This document shows, one piece after another, positions 9,435 through 19,828 of a stretch of DNA of 64,000 nt. The notes beneath the pieces are model-generated. The model did no database searches, had not been told where the DNA came from, and saw nothing but the letters and a program-made list of their open reading frames with translations. A program made the position numbers and the translations under genes. This stretch comes from an uncultured delta proteobacterium. GTDB taxonomy: Bacteria > Desulfobacterota > Desulfomonilia > Desulfomonilales > Desulfomonilaceae. The stretch spans positions 2,080,001 to 2,144,000 of the forward strand of contig CAWBKB010000001.1 of the NCBI GenBank assembly GCA_963789265.1. The letters run 5' to 3'. Positions within the stretch are counted from its first letter, which is position 1. Every line of letters starts with the position of its first letter.

Positions 9435-11158
9435 TCAATAAGTTCGTTCCTTTGGCTGAAAACGAGTGATCCTCACCGGCTTGTACCGAGATTCGCGGGC
9501 TGTCGTCGGTTCTTTGAATCAGGGTGTGTTTCAACCAATTAGCGTCATCTCGTTTGGGATAATCTTCTCTGAAATGCGCACCTCTACTTTCCGTCCGCGC
9601 TATGGCCGACAAGAGCATGGTTTCCGCCAAACCCAGTAAGGATTCCAGCTCGCAAGCCTCCATGATGTCCGTGTTGAACAAATTCCCGCGGTCGTCTATT
9701 GAAATCTCCCGGTAACGCTCCTTCAGCGAACCAAGTTCGGACAATGCCTTTTGCAGGTCTCTCTCATTTCTGAAGACCGAACACCACTCCGACATAAGTT
9801 CTTGCAGAGATTTTCTTATGTGAGCGACCTTCTCACCTTTGCTCTTTTGCTTGAGTTTCTCCAACTTCTGAGAAAATCTGCTCTCCGGGTGATCGGGCAG
9901 TTCCTTCCAATCCAATTGTTCAAGGTCTCGAGCAATGAGTTTGCCCGCGCGACGCCCGAACACCACAAGGTCGACCAGGGAATTGCAGCCGAGCCGGTTG
10001 GCGCCGTGAACTGAGATGCACGCGCATTCGCCCGCAGCGTACAGACCTCGAACAGGCTCCCCTTTCTCGTCGAGCACAGCGCCGTCAACATCCGTGGGGA
10101 TGCCGCCCATCATGTAGTGGCACGTCGGCTTCACAGGGATCGGATCGGTGGCCGTGTCCAGCCCGAGATAAATGCGAACGAACGATGAAATGTCAGATAG
10201 CTTCTCGGCCAACTGTTCCTTGCCTATGGAAGTGAGATCCAGATGGAGATAATCGCGTCCGTCGATGCCTCTTCCTTCACGTATTTCCGTCATCATTGCC
10301 CTGGAGACCACATCCCTTGCAGCGAGATCTTTTATCACGGGGGCATACTCTTCCATAAATCGCCTACCATCATTGTTACGAAGAATACCGCCCTCCCCTC
10401 GCGCGGCCTCACTGATAAGTCACTCCCAACCCGTAGATGCCTGTTGGGTGAAACTGGACGAATTCCATGTCCTGTAATGGAATTCCGGCGCGATATGCGA
10501 AATAGACGCCATCGCCCGTGTTGGCAAAACAGTTGGAGGTTGTTTGGTAAAGCTTGCCGAATCCTCCGGTGGCCAACAAGACTGCACGAGCCTGAAAAAC
10601 ATGTAGTTTGCCCGTTGCAAGCTCATAAGCGATCAGGCCGTTCACGCTGGATCCTTCCTTGATCAAGTCCACGAGACAGAACTCGGAGTAAACCTTGATG
10701 CCTTTCATTAGGGCGGCACCGGCTAAGGTGTCCAAAATCACCCAACCGGTCCGATCCGCCGCGTAGCAGGCTCTTTTTATTGCAGCTTCACCGAAATTTC
10801 TGGTGTGCCCCCCAAACGCTCTCTGAGCAATAGTTCCTTCCGGAGTTCTGTTGAAGGGTACCCCCATGTGTTCCAACTCGTAAACGGCACGCACCGCGTC
10901 TTTGGCGAGCACTTCGGCAGCATCTTGATCGGTGAGGTAATCGCCCCCCTTCACGGTATCGTACATGTGCCATTCCCATGAATCCGGTTCTTCATTTCCC
11001 AGAGAAGCGCCAATGCCTCCCTGTGCGGCCCCGGAATGCGACCTTGTGGGGTAAACTTTGCTGATTACCGCAACATCCAGGTCGCCGGCCACCTCAAGCG
11101 CAGCCCTCAATCCGGCCAAACCCGTACCTACTATTACGACGTCATGTTTTAAGGTCAT
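9435..11158 (-). CDS. sdhA: Succinate dehydrogenase/fumarate reductase flavoprotein (apparent frameshifts near 10420 and 9485)
   Basis: [38 protein letters not shown] and ESRGAH motifs over two ORFs; C-terminus [16 protein letters not shown] in a shifted frame. Confidence 0.92.
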
Positions 11159-11285
11159 TTGCTGTGTCCTGTACTATTCTTGTCATAATCTTCCAAACCT
11201 TGCCCGGATATTGAACGTCCGCCGGGTCCGAGTTCGTAATTACCGCGAGCGAGCAAAATGCCGGAACTGGAATTACAGACCGCTT

Positions 11286-12467
11286 TTATGCCCTTGCCTC
11301 AACCGGTTCATACACGCATCCCATCAGACCGCAATATTGGCCCACGTACTCGGCCTGGGGACGGTAAAGTGCAGGTTTCTCTTGAGCCTCCGCAAACTTT
11401 TCCTCAATTATGTGACTACACCAACCGGCAATCCTGGACATCGCAAAAATAGGCGTGAACAAGTCTCGGGGAATCCCCATCATGTGGTAAATCGGAGCGC
11501 TGTAAAAATCGACATTGGGCCTAATTTCAGTCTTACCGCGGCTGTCGAATTCCTTTATGGCAACGTCTTCGACCGTCTTTGACAACCGATCCCATTTTTC
11601 CAGGTCAGTGATTTTAGCGATTTGAGTAGCCATCTCGCTGAGAATTCTCCCCCGAGGATCCATGGTCTTGTAAACGGCATGCCCCATGCCCATGATTCTT
11701 TCGCCCCGGTCAATGCGGTCTTTCACCCACTGAGCGACGTCTTTTTCGGATTCCAGCTCCATGAGCATCTCCATGACGCGAGTGTTCGCTCCTCCGTGAA
11801 GGCTTCCAGAGAGAGCGCCGACTCCGGCCGCTGCGGCTGCATACATGTGAGCTCTGGTGGAGCACACCTCACGGCAAGCAAATGTTGACACGTTGAAGGT
11901 GTGGTCTGTATGAAGAATCAGGCAGACATCGAGGTCATGTGCAACCTCTTGATTGGGTTTCTTACCTGTCAACTGCCACAGGAAATTAGCCGCGTGTGGA
12001 AGTTCCTTATCGGCCGGAACGGGCTCCAGATTGTTACGAATTCTTTCCCAAGCGGCAGTAACAGCCGGAATGCGAGCAATAAGTTTTGTCGCCATACGAA
12101 CATTCGCATCTCTGGTCTCCCCGTTCAGATCGGGGTCGGCCATGGCCAGCACAGGTACCGAGGCCTGAAGCACGTCCATCGGACTTGCGTTCTTAGGTAG
12201 CTTCTCAAGGCAAGCATATAGGTAATCCGGGACTTCTCTGGCCGCTTTCACCTGATTATCAAAATCCTCGAGCTGCCTCAAATCCGGCAGGTTCCCATTC
12301 AGAACCAGGTATGCGGTTTCCATGAATGACGATCTTTCGGCCAACTCTTCGATGCGATAGCCCCGATAAATGAGGATCCCCTTCTGGCCGTCGATGAAGC
12401 TGATTTTAGTGTCAGCAACTTTAACGCCCCGCAGACCGATATTTTTCACAGAGACTGTTTCTGTCAT
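11286..12467 (-). CDS. gltA: Citrate synthase
   Basis: LHGGAN, MGMGHAVYK..DPR and PNVDFYS motifs. Confidence 0.93.
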   Translation of the reverse strand: MTETVSVKNIGLRGVKVADTKISFIDGQKGILIYRGYRIEELAERSSFMETAYLVLNGNLPDLRQLEDFDNQVKAAREVPDYLYACLEKLPKNASPMDVLQASVPVLAMADPDLNGETRDANVRMATKLIARIPAVTAAWERIRNNLEPVPADKELPHAANFLWQLTGKKPNQEVAHDLDVCLILHTDHTFNVSTFACREVCSTRAHMYAAAAAGVGALSGSLHGGANTRVMEMLMELESEKDVAQWVKDRIDRGERIMGMGHAVYKTMDPRGRILSEMATQIAKITDLEKWDRLSKTVEDVAIKEFDSRGKTEIRPNVDFYSAPIYHMMGIPRDLFTPIFAMSRIAGWCSHIIEEKFAEAQEKPALYRPQAEYVGQYCGLMGCVYEPVEARA

Positions 12468-12498
12468 GTTCCCCTCTTCCTCCGCCGGGAGCGGATAG

Positions 12499-12693
12499 AC
12501 CAATTGCCAAGAATGATGACCGTGTCGTAATCGACCGTGCGAATTTTGGGAGGATTACCGTGGCGGACCTTTTCCCGTCATTCCTGCGAAAGCAGGAATT
12601 CAGTCCCGCGGCTTCGCGGGATGGACCCCGGATCAAGTCCGGCGTGACCCCGCGTTTCGCGGGGCAACTCGGCCAAAAGAATTGGCAATTGGT
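12499..12693. mobile_element. MITE-like element with a REP-like pair inside
   Basis: Perfect 12-bp IR ACCAATTGCCAA; internal gtcattcctgcgaaagcaggaat...ggatcaagtccggcgtgac. Confidence 0.6.
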
Positions 12694-12795
12694 GTGCGTG
12701 CCCGATTACTTGAAGGAGCGGTTCCGGCTCCAGGCGGTCCACTCCTCCCCGTAATCGCGGACACGTCAGTTAGAGTCCTTCAAAATCAAACTACG

Positions 12796-13299
12796 TCAGT
12801 TGGCCTTGAAAAAGGCTTCTTTCTTCGCCGCGCAGACGGGACATACTTCCGGCGGCGAGCCCGCAATTGTGTAGCCGCATTTCTCGCAAATGTAATAGTC
12901 CTTTTCCGGTACCGTCCCTCCGGCTTCCAATACTTTAATTGCATCATCGTAAAGAGCGCCGTGGCCCTTTTCCACCTCATTCGCCCAGTGAAAACTCTTT
13001 GTAGCAGCCCCGATCTTTTCTTCTTTGGCTTTTGCAATGAACACGGGATACATCTTTGTGAACTCGTAATGTTCCCCGCCGTATGCTTCCTTTAAATTTT
13101 CCAGTGTAGAATTAACTCCCTTGAGCACTTCCAGATGGTTATGGGCGTGAATCGTCTCCGCGGCTGCGGCTGCGCGAAAGAGTTTAGCGACTCCCTTGAG
13201 GCCGTCTGCCTCGGCCTTCTTGGCAAAGGCAAGGTACTTCCGGTTGGCCTGCGACTCCCCTGCAAAGGCATCTCTCAAATTCTTTTCAGTCTCGCTCAT
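12796..13299 (-). CDS. rbr: Rubrerythrin
   Basis: AFAGESQANRKY, ETIH and EKGH diiron motifs; C-terminal CEKC...CPVC. Confidence 0.95.
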   Translation of the reverse strand: MSETEKNLRDAFAGESQANRKYLAFAKKAEADGLKGVAKLFRAAAAAETIHAHNHLEVLKGVNSTLENLKEAYGGEHYEFTKMYPVFIAKAKEEKIGAATKSFHWANEVEKGHGALYDDAIKVLEAGGTVPEKDYYICEKCGYTIAGSPPEVCPVCAAKKEAFFKAN

Positions 13300-13390
13300 A
13301 AATTCCTCCCTTCTTTGACGGAGTATGAAATTACCACCAATTACTACCGGATCTTACCGAAGCCCGGAGGACCCGGATTCACCTCGAACG

Positions 13391-13404
13391 GTAACAAAAT
13401 TTAC
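13391..13404. promoter_or_regulatory. Candidate PerR-type operator upstream of rubrerythrin
   Basis: Palindromic GTAA-N6-TTAC about 90 bp upstream of the rbr start. Confidence 0.35.
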
Positions 13405-13523
13405 GACACTTTTATTACAAAACAGTTTAGCCTCATTTTCCATTTTATCATAGCATCATTTCTATGCCGCTGGCTTGCCTATATTACAGGCGGGCCCGTG
13501 GCTCCTCTGATATAGGTATGTAC

Positions 13524-15257
13524 TCAACCTCTACTGACCCTGGGCGTTATCATGTGATGGTGAGGACAAATGGACGCGGGGTTTTGGTATGCGCAGTGGA
13601 CAAATGCCACCATGTACTTGCGCATCTCGGGAAAGGGAACGACTTCGTCCACAAATCCTCTTTTGGCACAATATACGGGTCTGGAATTGTCATAATACTG
13701 TTGGGCCAAGGCATTCATCTTGTCAATAACGGGTTGAAGCGGTCGCTCCGCATCTTTTTCTTTGACCAGCCGCCTGGCAAAGGAAGCGGCTGCGGCTGTC
13801 TCGCCGTGCATCACGTATATCTCGGTAGACGGTGTGCCCAAAGTGAAGACCGTATGGTTGTTGGCGGTGGGACCGCCCATGATGTAATGCGCCGCGGCGG
13901 TCCCTTTGCGGAGAACGAAGAGCATCATCGGCACCGTGGTCTGTTCGATGGAATATATTAGAGATTGGCCCAAACCCAGCAGTTCCGCTTTTTCCGCTAT
14001 GTCGCCCACATCTATGCCGGAAGTGTCCTGAAACCAGACAATTGGGATGCGGTCTCTGCCGCACAGAGTGACAAACTCATTCATTTTGATGAGCCCTTGT
14101 CTGTAAAGTTTCCCACCAATGCCCGGATAAGGCGCGTATTCCGGATAGCCTTGACCTAAAAAACCTTGTTTGTTTCCTATGACCCCGAGTAGAAACCGTC
14201 GATCTTGACCAGACCCGTGTACACCTCCGGACCGTATTCAGGACGAAATTCCAAGTGCTCGCTGTTGTCTGTCAACCGGGCGAGCACCTCTTCGAAGCTG
14301 TAAACCACTTTTTGATTCATAGGAACTATGACGTTCAGGTCGTCTCCGCTGAATCGCGGCTCCGCGGGCTCCGCCACCCTGAAGAATTTAGGATCATAGG
14401 AGGGGAGAGTTTTCATATAATCTTTCAGGGCGTCCAGCGTGGCTTCTTCCGTATCAAAGACTGCTCTGAAAAAGCCTGTAGAATCATAGTGAATCTTCAC
14501 GCTACCAGGTGGCACTTCCTTGAAATGTCTCGTGGCTTCGATAAGTTGTTCGGCCCCTTCTTCGTCGAAAAACCCTTTGGGGCTCATTCCGCTCACAATT
14601 CCCCCTCCGCCCACGGCAATGTTCGCGTTTTTGTGCGCCAGGAGGAGTGTAGGGCTTATCCCCTGATAACCTCCCCCGGCTGGATTCGTGCCGTAAATGG
14701 CGGCCAAAACTGGGATACCCAGCTTCTCGAGCTCCCGCGTGTCGGAAAAAGGTCGTTCCGCCTCCTCTTCTGTCCGGATAAACCTCTTCCTGCTCGGTGA
14801 GCTTCACTCCCGAACAGTTCACCAGCCACACCAGAGGCACCCTCAGAAGCTTAGCCATATCTGTGGCGCGGAGAATGTTTTCCGATTGTCCCACGATCCA
14901 GGCTCCGGCAACAACCTTGTTGTCAAATCCTATTATTACAGCCCACTTTCCGTTTATTCTCCCCAGTCCGTCTATGACCCCGGTTGTTCCCTCTTCATTG
15001 TTCGCGGGATCGAAAATGGAATGAAGTGGACACCATGTCCCGCGATCCACCAGATACTCGAGTCGTTGCCAGACGGTCAGTTGTCCCCTCTGGTTAATCT
15101 TCTCCGAGGGAAGGCCGGCAGACTTAACTTTGTCCAACGCTTCGGAGAGTTGTTTCTCGACTTCCTTGATCTTGGCTATATTGTCTTCGCCTTGTTTGAT
15201 CTTGGATTGGCTAAGAGATTTGCCTATCTGGGTCATCTTCTCGAAGTACGGTCTCAT
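13524..15257 (-). CDS. gcdA: Glutaconyl-CoA decarboxylase alpha-like carboxyltransferase (apparent frameshifts near 14735 and 14190)
   Basis: MRPYFEKM start; LVNCSGV, GTNPAGGGY, FQDTSGIDVG and RKGTAAAHY motifs across three ORFs. Confidence 0.82.
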
Positions 15258-15425
15258 CCCATTTCCTCCGTGTATTTTCATAAAGGCGTAAACGTTCAAA
15301 GCATTAACAATAACAACTTGCCTCAACGTTTTCAAGAAAGAGAATGCAGGATTGGGGGGAAGGCGCGAAGTGAAAACAGCTTGCCCTAATCCGCGGGGCG
15401 CTGATAGGGCAAGCTGAATGCGGAC

Positions 15426-16238
15426 TTAGAATCGTCGGCGATCGTCCTCATCCGATTGTTCGGATGACTCTCTCAGTTCGTCAGGCGAGAACTCGATTTT
15501 CTTGGGGGGGATGCTCCTCAAAGCGGGGAAAAGGCCCTTGAACCGCGGAGAATGCTGTTCCATTTGATCCGGAGCATGATGTGACCAGTATGGAGTGGAG
15601 TCTTCTTCTTCTATCAGCACAGTAAGCAATAGAGCAGGATATCGGTAACGAGGGTTGTTGCCCAAAAAAGTGAGCACTTCCCGGGCGCGCAGGAATTCGC
15701 CTCTGCGCCTGTTGATTTCCCCAAGCAGGTATATCACCATGCCGGGATCGCCTTTGGTCAGGCCCCGACGGAGAGCGTCATCAAGATAGCGGTCGGCCAT
15801 CTGGAGCAATTCCGTCTCCGTGGCTAGACTACCAAGCTCCCGGGCCCCCCACGAACCGCGTAGGCTCATGACTCCGAGGTCCCTGGGATTGAGGCCCCTC
15901 GTATCCAGGAGAGAAACCAGCGCAAGCCAACTTCTCGCTGCAGAATCTTCCTGGGGACCAGCTTGAAATAGTTTGATATATTTTTGTGAACCGACCGTAT
16001 CCTTGACGTGTCCGGGCACTCGGCGATTATAATCTTGCGCACGCGCAGTAAACAGGCATGCGGGACAAGTTGCAACGTCGGACGAGCGATTGCAGTCCCT
16101 CGGAACAGCACGAAAATCCAACCCATAGCCGAAGACCGACGCGCTCACGCCGTCGGCTTCCCGGCAATGGGAAAAATGATGAAAACAGAGAGGGCAAGCA
16201 AGAACCGTTGCTGAATTGTTCACACAATCCTCCTTCAA
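15426..16238 (-). CDS. DUF2225-like Zn-ribbon/TPR protein
   Basis: CPLC...LDFR...CPACLFT, LRGSW and YLLGEINRRRG motifs. Confidence 0.65.
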   Translation of the reverse strand: MKEDCVNNSATVLACPLCFHHFSHCREADGVSASVFGYGLDFRAVPRDCNRSSDVATCPACLFTARAQDYNRRVPGHVKDTVGSQKYIKLFQAGPQEDSAARSWLALVSLLDTRGLNPRDLGVMSLRGSWGARELGSLATETELLQMADRYLDDALRRGLTKGDPGMVIYLLGEINRRRGEFLRAREVLTFLGNNPRYRYPALLLTVLIEEEDSTPYWSHHAPDQMEQHSPRFKGLFPALRSIPPKKIEFSPDELRESSEQSDEDDRRRF

Positions 16239-16388
16239 AACTCTTTGACCCGAATGTCACTCCCCTAAGAACCCGCGACGGACATACCATATCATAAATG
16301 ACCGCTTTTGACCACGCTTTTCTTCAAGACAGGCTTTTTCTCTTCACAAAAACATTCCAGAATGATTAACTTAACTGGCGAGCGTACA

Positions 16389-18314
16389 ATGAAACATTCT
16401 GTGTCTGACTGCATTGATTACGAAAGGGAGTTGAATCCTGCGCAACTCGAAGCCGTTACCGTTCCTTCGGGACCGGTGTTGGTTATCGCAGGCGCAGGAT
16501 CAGGGAAGACCCGAACCATCGTTTACCGGGTTGCATGGCTTGTAGAGCACGGTGTAGACCCCGGTTCCATCCTGCTGTTGACCTTCACGAGGAAGGCTGC
16601 GGAAGAAATGCTCGGCCGCGCGGCTCAGCTCTTGGACCGTAGCGTTTCAAGAGTCGCGGGAGGGACGTTTCATTCGACCGGAAACTTGCTCATGCGGAGA
16701 TACGCGAGCTTACTCGGATTTGACTCCTCGTTTTCCATTATGGATCAGGGAGATTCCGTAGAAGTATTTGAACATTTCAGGAAGAGTGTGATCGCGCCTG
16801 AAGATCTAAAGGGCTTCCCAAAGGCAAGAACCATTGCGGAAGTTGTGAGCAGAAGCGTCGGCAGTGGCAGGACTATTCGGGAAGTACTGGAGCAGCGATA
16901 TCCTCATTTCGGCGAATACGCTGCGGACCTGGATAAAATTCAGAGGTTATACGAGGAGCACAAGCGCTCCAACAATCTGACGGATTATGACGATCTCCTC
17001 GTCAACCCCATAAAGCTTCTTGAAGAGCACGAGCATGTCAGGAGAGATGTTTCCACCCAATGGCAACACATTCTTGTGGACGAGTACCAGGACACCAACA
17101 GGCTTCAGGCCCGCATCGTGCAACTGCTCGCTTATGTTCACGACAATGTGATGGTGGTAGGAGACGATTCCCAGAGTATCTACTCTTTCAGGGGGGCTGA
17201 CTTCACCAACATCATGGAATTCCCCAAGATCTTCAAGGATACCAAGATCATCAGACTGGAGGAGAACTACAGGAGCACGGCGCCTATCCTGTCAGTGACC
17301 AATTCCATCATAGAACGGGCCGTAAACGGCTATCCTAAGAGACTCTTTACGCGCAAAGCAGGCGGGCCTCTGCCGTTGGCCGCCCGTTCTTCCAGTGAAC
17401 GAGAACAGAGTCGATTCGTAGTTCAGTGCGTCAGGGAGCTACGCGATCACGGAGTTCCCTTGAGCGAAGTCGCTGTCCTGTTCCGCGTGGGCTTCCACTC
17501 CTTCGATCTCGAGGGAGAGCTGACTCGCAATAATATACCCTTCGTGAAATACGGCGGATTCAAGTTCTTGGAGAGCATGCACATCAAAGATGTGCTGGCC
17601 CATCTCAAGGTCTTCAATAATCCGAAAGATCGTTTGAGTTGGATGAGAATTCTCAGGCTCCTTCCGGGGGTGGGAATTAAGACCGCAATGAAGATCGCGA
17701 GCAGAATCGCCGACGAAGGGATTCCAAAGAGACCAACCGATCTGCTAACCGGGGACCCAAAATACAAGAAGGACTTTGAAGCCTTGTTGGGTCTCATCGC
17801 AGACCTTGAGCAGCACAAAGGTCCGATTTCCGAAAAGGTGGAACGGATAAACCTTTATTATTTCCCGTTCCTGAAGGAGAGGTACGACAACTATCCCAAA
17901 AGGATGCGGGATCTGGAGCACTTGGCCGATCTTACGGTCTCTTACAAAAGCTTGAATCGTTTTCTGAACGACATGGCCTTGGAGCCGCCGGATGAGGAAC
18001 GATCCAGCGTCGCCACGCCGAATGAAAACCTGGTGTTGTCCACGATTCATTCGGCCAAGGGGCTTGAATGGCACACTGTAATCATCATTTGGGCCGCGGA
18101 AGGGCGAATCCCCTCCCCCATGGCCCTTGATTCACCAAGCGACTTGGAGGAAGAGCGAAGACTCCTCTACGTGGCAACGACGCGCGCCAAACACAATCTG
18201 GTCGTAGTGGCTCCTTTGACCCTATTGGACCGTCGCCTCGGACAGGTCCCGGTGCGACTTTCACGATTCTTCGAGGAGATCCCACCGGAATACTTCCGCA
18301 CTTATTCGGTTTGA
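16389..18314 (+). CDS. UvrD/PcrA-family SF1 DNA helicase
   Basis: AGAGSGKT, LVDEYQDTN, VGDDSQSIYSFRGA, STIHSAKGLEW and EERRLLYVATTRA motifs. Confidence 0.95.
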   Translation: MKHSVSDCIDYERELNPAQLEAVTVPSGPVLVIAGAGSGKTRTIVYRVAWLVEHGVDPGSILLLTFTRKAAEEMLGRAAQLLDRSVSRVAGGTFHSTGNLLMRRYASLLGFDSSFSIMDQGDSVEVFEHFRKSVIAPEDLKGFPKARTIAEVVSRSVGSGRTIREVLEQRYPHFGEYAADLDKIQRLYEEHKRSNNLTDYDDLLVNPIKLLEEHEHVRRDVSTQWQHILVDEYQDTNRLQARIVQLLAYVHDNVMVVGDDSQSIYSFRGADFTNIMEFPKIFKDTKIIRLEENYRSTAPILSVTNSIIERAVNGYPKRLFTRKAGGPLPLAARSSSEREQSRFVVQCVRELRDHGVPLSEVAVLFRVGFHSFDLEGELTRNNIPFVKYGGFKFLESMHIKDVLAHLKVFNNPKDRLSWMRILRLLPGVGIKTAMKIASRIADEGIPKRPTDLLTGDPKYKKDFEALLGLIADLEQHKGPISEKVERINLYYFPFLKERYDNYPKRMRDLEHLADLTVSYKSLNRFLNDMALEPPDEERSSVATPNENLVLSTIHSAKGLEWHTVIIIWAAEGRIPSPMALDSPSDLEEERRLLYVATTRAKHNLVVVAPLTLLDRRLGQVPVRLSRFFEEIPPEYFRTYSV

Positions 18315-18334
18315 CAGATTGGGACCAAAAAGCC

Positions 18335-18363
18335 TTGACATTAGCCCTGCTCGCCAATAAGCT
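18335..18363 (+). promoter_or_regulatory. Sigma70 promoter for tRNA-Ser
   Basis: TTGACA-17 bp-TAAGCT about 20 bp upstream of the tRNA. Confidence 0.65.
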
Positions 18364-18382
18364 GTTATTGTCGAGCCGCCGC

Positions 18383-18475
18383 GGAGAGATGACCGAGAGG
18401 CCGAAGGTGCTCGCCTGCTAAGCGAGTGTAGGGTGTTGAGCCTTACCGAGGGTTCGAATCCCTCTCTCTCCGCCA
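18383..18475 (+). tRNA. tRNA-Ser(GCT)
   Basis: GGAGAGA/TCTCTCC acceptor stem, anticodon arm CTCGC-CTGCTAA-GCGAG, long variable arm, GGTTCGAATCC, encoded CCA. Confidence 0.97.
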
Positions 18476-18598
18476 TAACATTTTGGCCGTCCCGAAATGC
18501 AGGCAAACAGCGACCGACAAGTACCGCAATATATGTATGCCCCGTTTGATGGCAGCTCTTTCGGCTCCTAAAGCCATTCGCGTCTTCTCCTTGCCTGA

Positions 18599-19141
18599 TC
18601 ATCCGAAGAACAACCAGCAGACCGCAATCGCAGCTATGATCCCCACTGCATCGGCTATCAGGCCCGCATGAATTGCATACCGAACTCTTGTCACCAACAC
18701 AGCCCCAAAATACACTGCCACGACGTACAGCGTAGTCTCGGTGCTCCCGATAATTACGGAACCGAGCCTCGCTTGATAAGAATCAGCTCCGTGAGCAGTG
18801 ACGATCTGTCCCAGTAGCCCGAGCGATGCGGCCCCCGAGAGGGGCCGTATCAAGATCAGGCTCAAGACATCCGGTGTCAAGCCGAGTCTGTTCAGAACTC
18901 CCGGAATGGCTTGCGTAATGAGGTTCATGGCGCCCGACGCACGGAACATGCCCACAACTACAAGTATGGCCACAAGATAAGGAATAATTCGTACGGCGAC
19001 TTCGAATCCTTCCTTGGCCCCGTCCACGAACGATTCATACACCTTGACTCCTTTGATGAAGCCGTACAATGGAATTCCCACGAGAAATGAGAGGAAAATC
19101 ACATTTGAAACTATGGCCGAAAGATCTTGCATTCCTTTCAT
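18599..19141 (-). CDS. spmB: SpmB-like gate-domain membrane protein
   Basis: VYESFVDGAKEGF, RPLSG and GSTETTLYVVAVYFG motifs. Confidence 0.88.
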   Translation of the reverse strand: MKGMQDLSAIVSNVIFLSFLVGIPLYGFIKGVKVYESFVDGAKEGFEVAVRIIPYLVAILVVVGMFRASGAMNLITQAIPGVLNRLGLTPDVLSLILIRPLSGAASLGLLGQIVTAHGADSYQARLGSVIIGSTETTLYVVAVYFGAVLVTRVRYAIHAGLIADAVGIIAAIAVCWLFFG

Positions 19142-19749
19142 GGCGCGGTCCTTTCTTCGGGCTCCTCACGAAATCGCCTGAGTCTCGCAAGCCATCGCGC
19201 TGCAAGAATACCGGCCAAAGTTGAAGCGCACGTTGCGATCAACGCGGGTAAGACCACCACGGTAGGATCAGAAGATCCGCCGGCGGCGAGCAACGCTATC
19301 GCACTTGCCGGGATGAGTTGAACGCTGGAAGTGTTAACGGCCAGAAACATACACATCTCATCCGTAGCTGTCCCTTTGCTAGGGTTCAGAGAGTCCAAAT
19401 CCTTCATGGCCCGAATTCCCAAAGGTGTTGCGGCATTGCTGAGTCCGAACATATTGGCCACTATGTTCATGGCCATACTACCCATGGCAGGGTGGCCGTC
19501 AGGCACTCCCGGGAAAAGGAATCGCATGACGGGGGCAATCAAGAAGGTGAAGGCGCTTATCAGGCCGCTGTCTTCTGCTATTCTCATGATACCGAGCCAC
19601 AAGGCCATGATCCCCGTGAACCCGAGGGCCAACCTGAAAGCAGTCCCAGCGCTCTCAGTGGCCGCTACCACTGTCTCTCTCGTGTGACCCGTCAACACTG
19701 CTATTACGGTGGAACCAACCAAGAGGACGAGCCAGATGATGTTCAACAT
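19138..19749 (-). CDS. spmA: SpmA-like gate-domain membrane protein
   Basis: MLNIIW, LWLGIMRIAE, NMFGLSNAATPLG and NTSSVQLIP motifs. Confidence 0.88.
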   Translation of the reverse strand: MLNIIWLVLLVGSTVIAVLTGHTRETVVAATESAGTAFRLALGFTGIMALWLGIMRIAEDSGLISAFTFLIAPVMRFLFPGVPDGHPAMGSMAMNIVANMFGLSNAATPLGIRAMKDLDSLNPSKGTATDEMCMFLAVNTSSVQLIPASAIALLAAGGSSDPTVVVLPALIATCASTLAGILAARWLARLRRFREEPEERTAP

Positions 19750-19828
19750 CGCTACATGACCCCCTGTCCATCACGAAGGGCATCTTGAATCAGTGGGCCT
19801 TGGACGCGCCTTGCGAGCCATCCACTGA

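Noticed and set aside
18599..19749. Sporulation capability from spmAB
   Set aside because: SpmA/B homologs are common in non-sporulating bacteria
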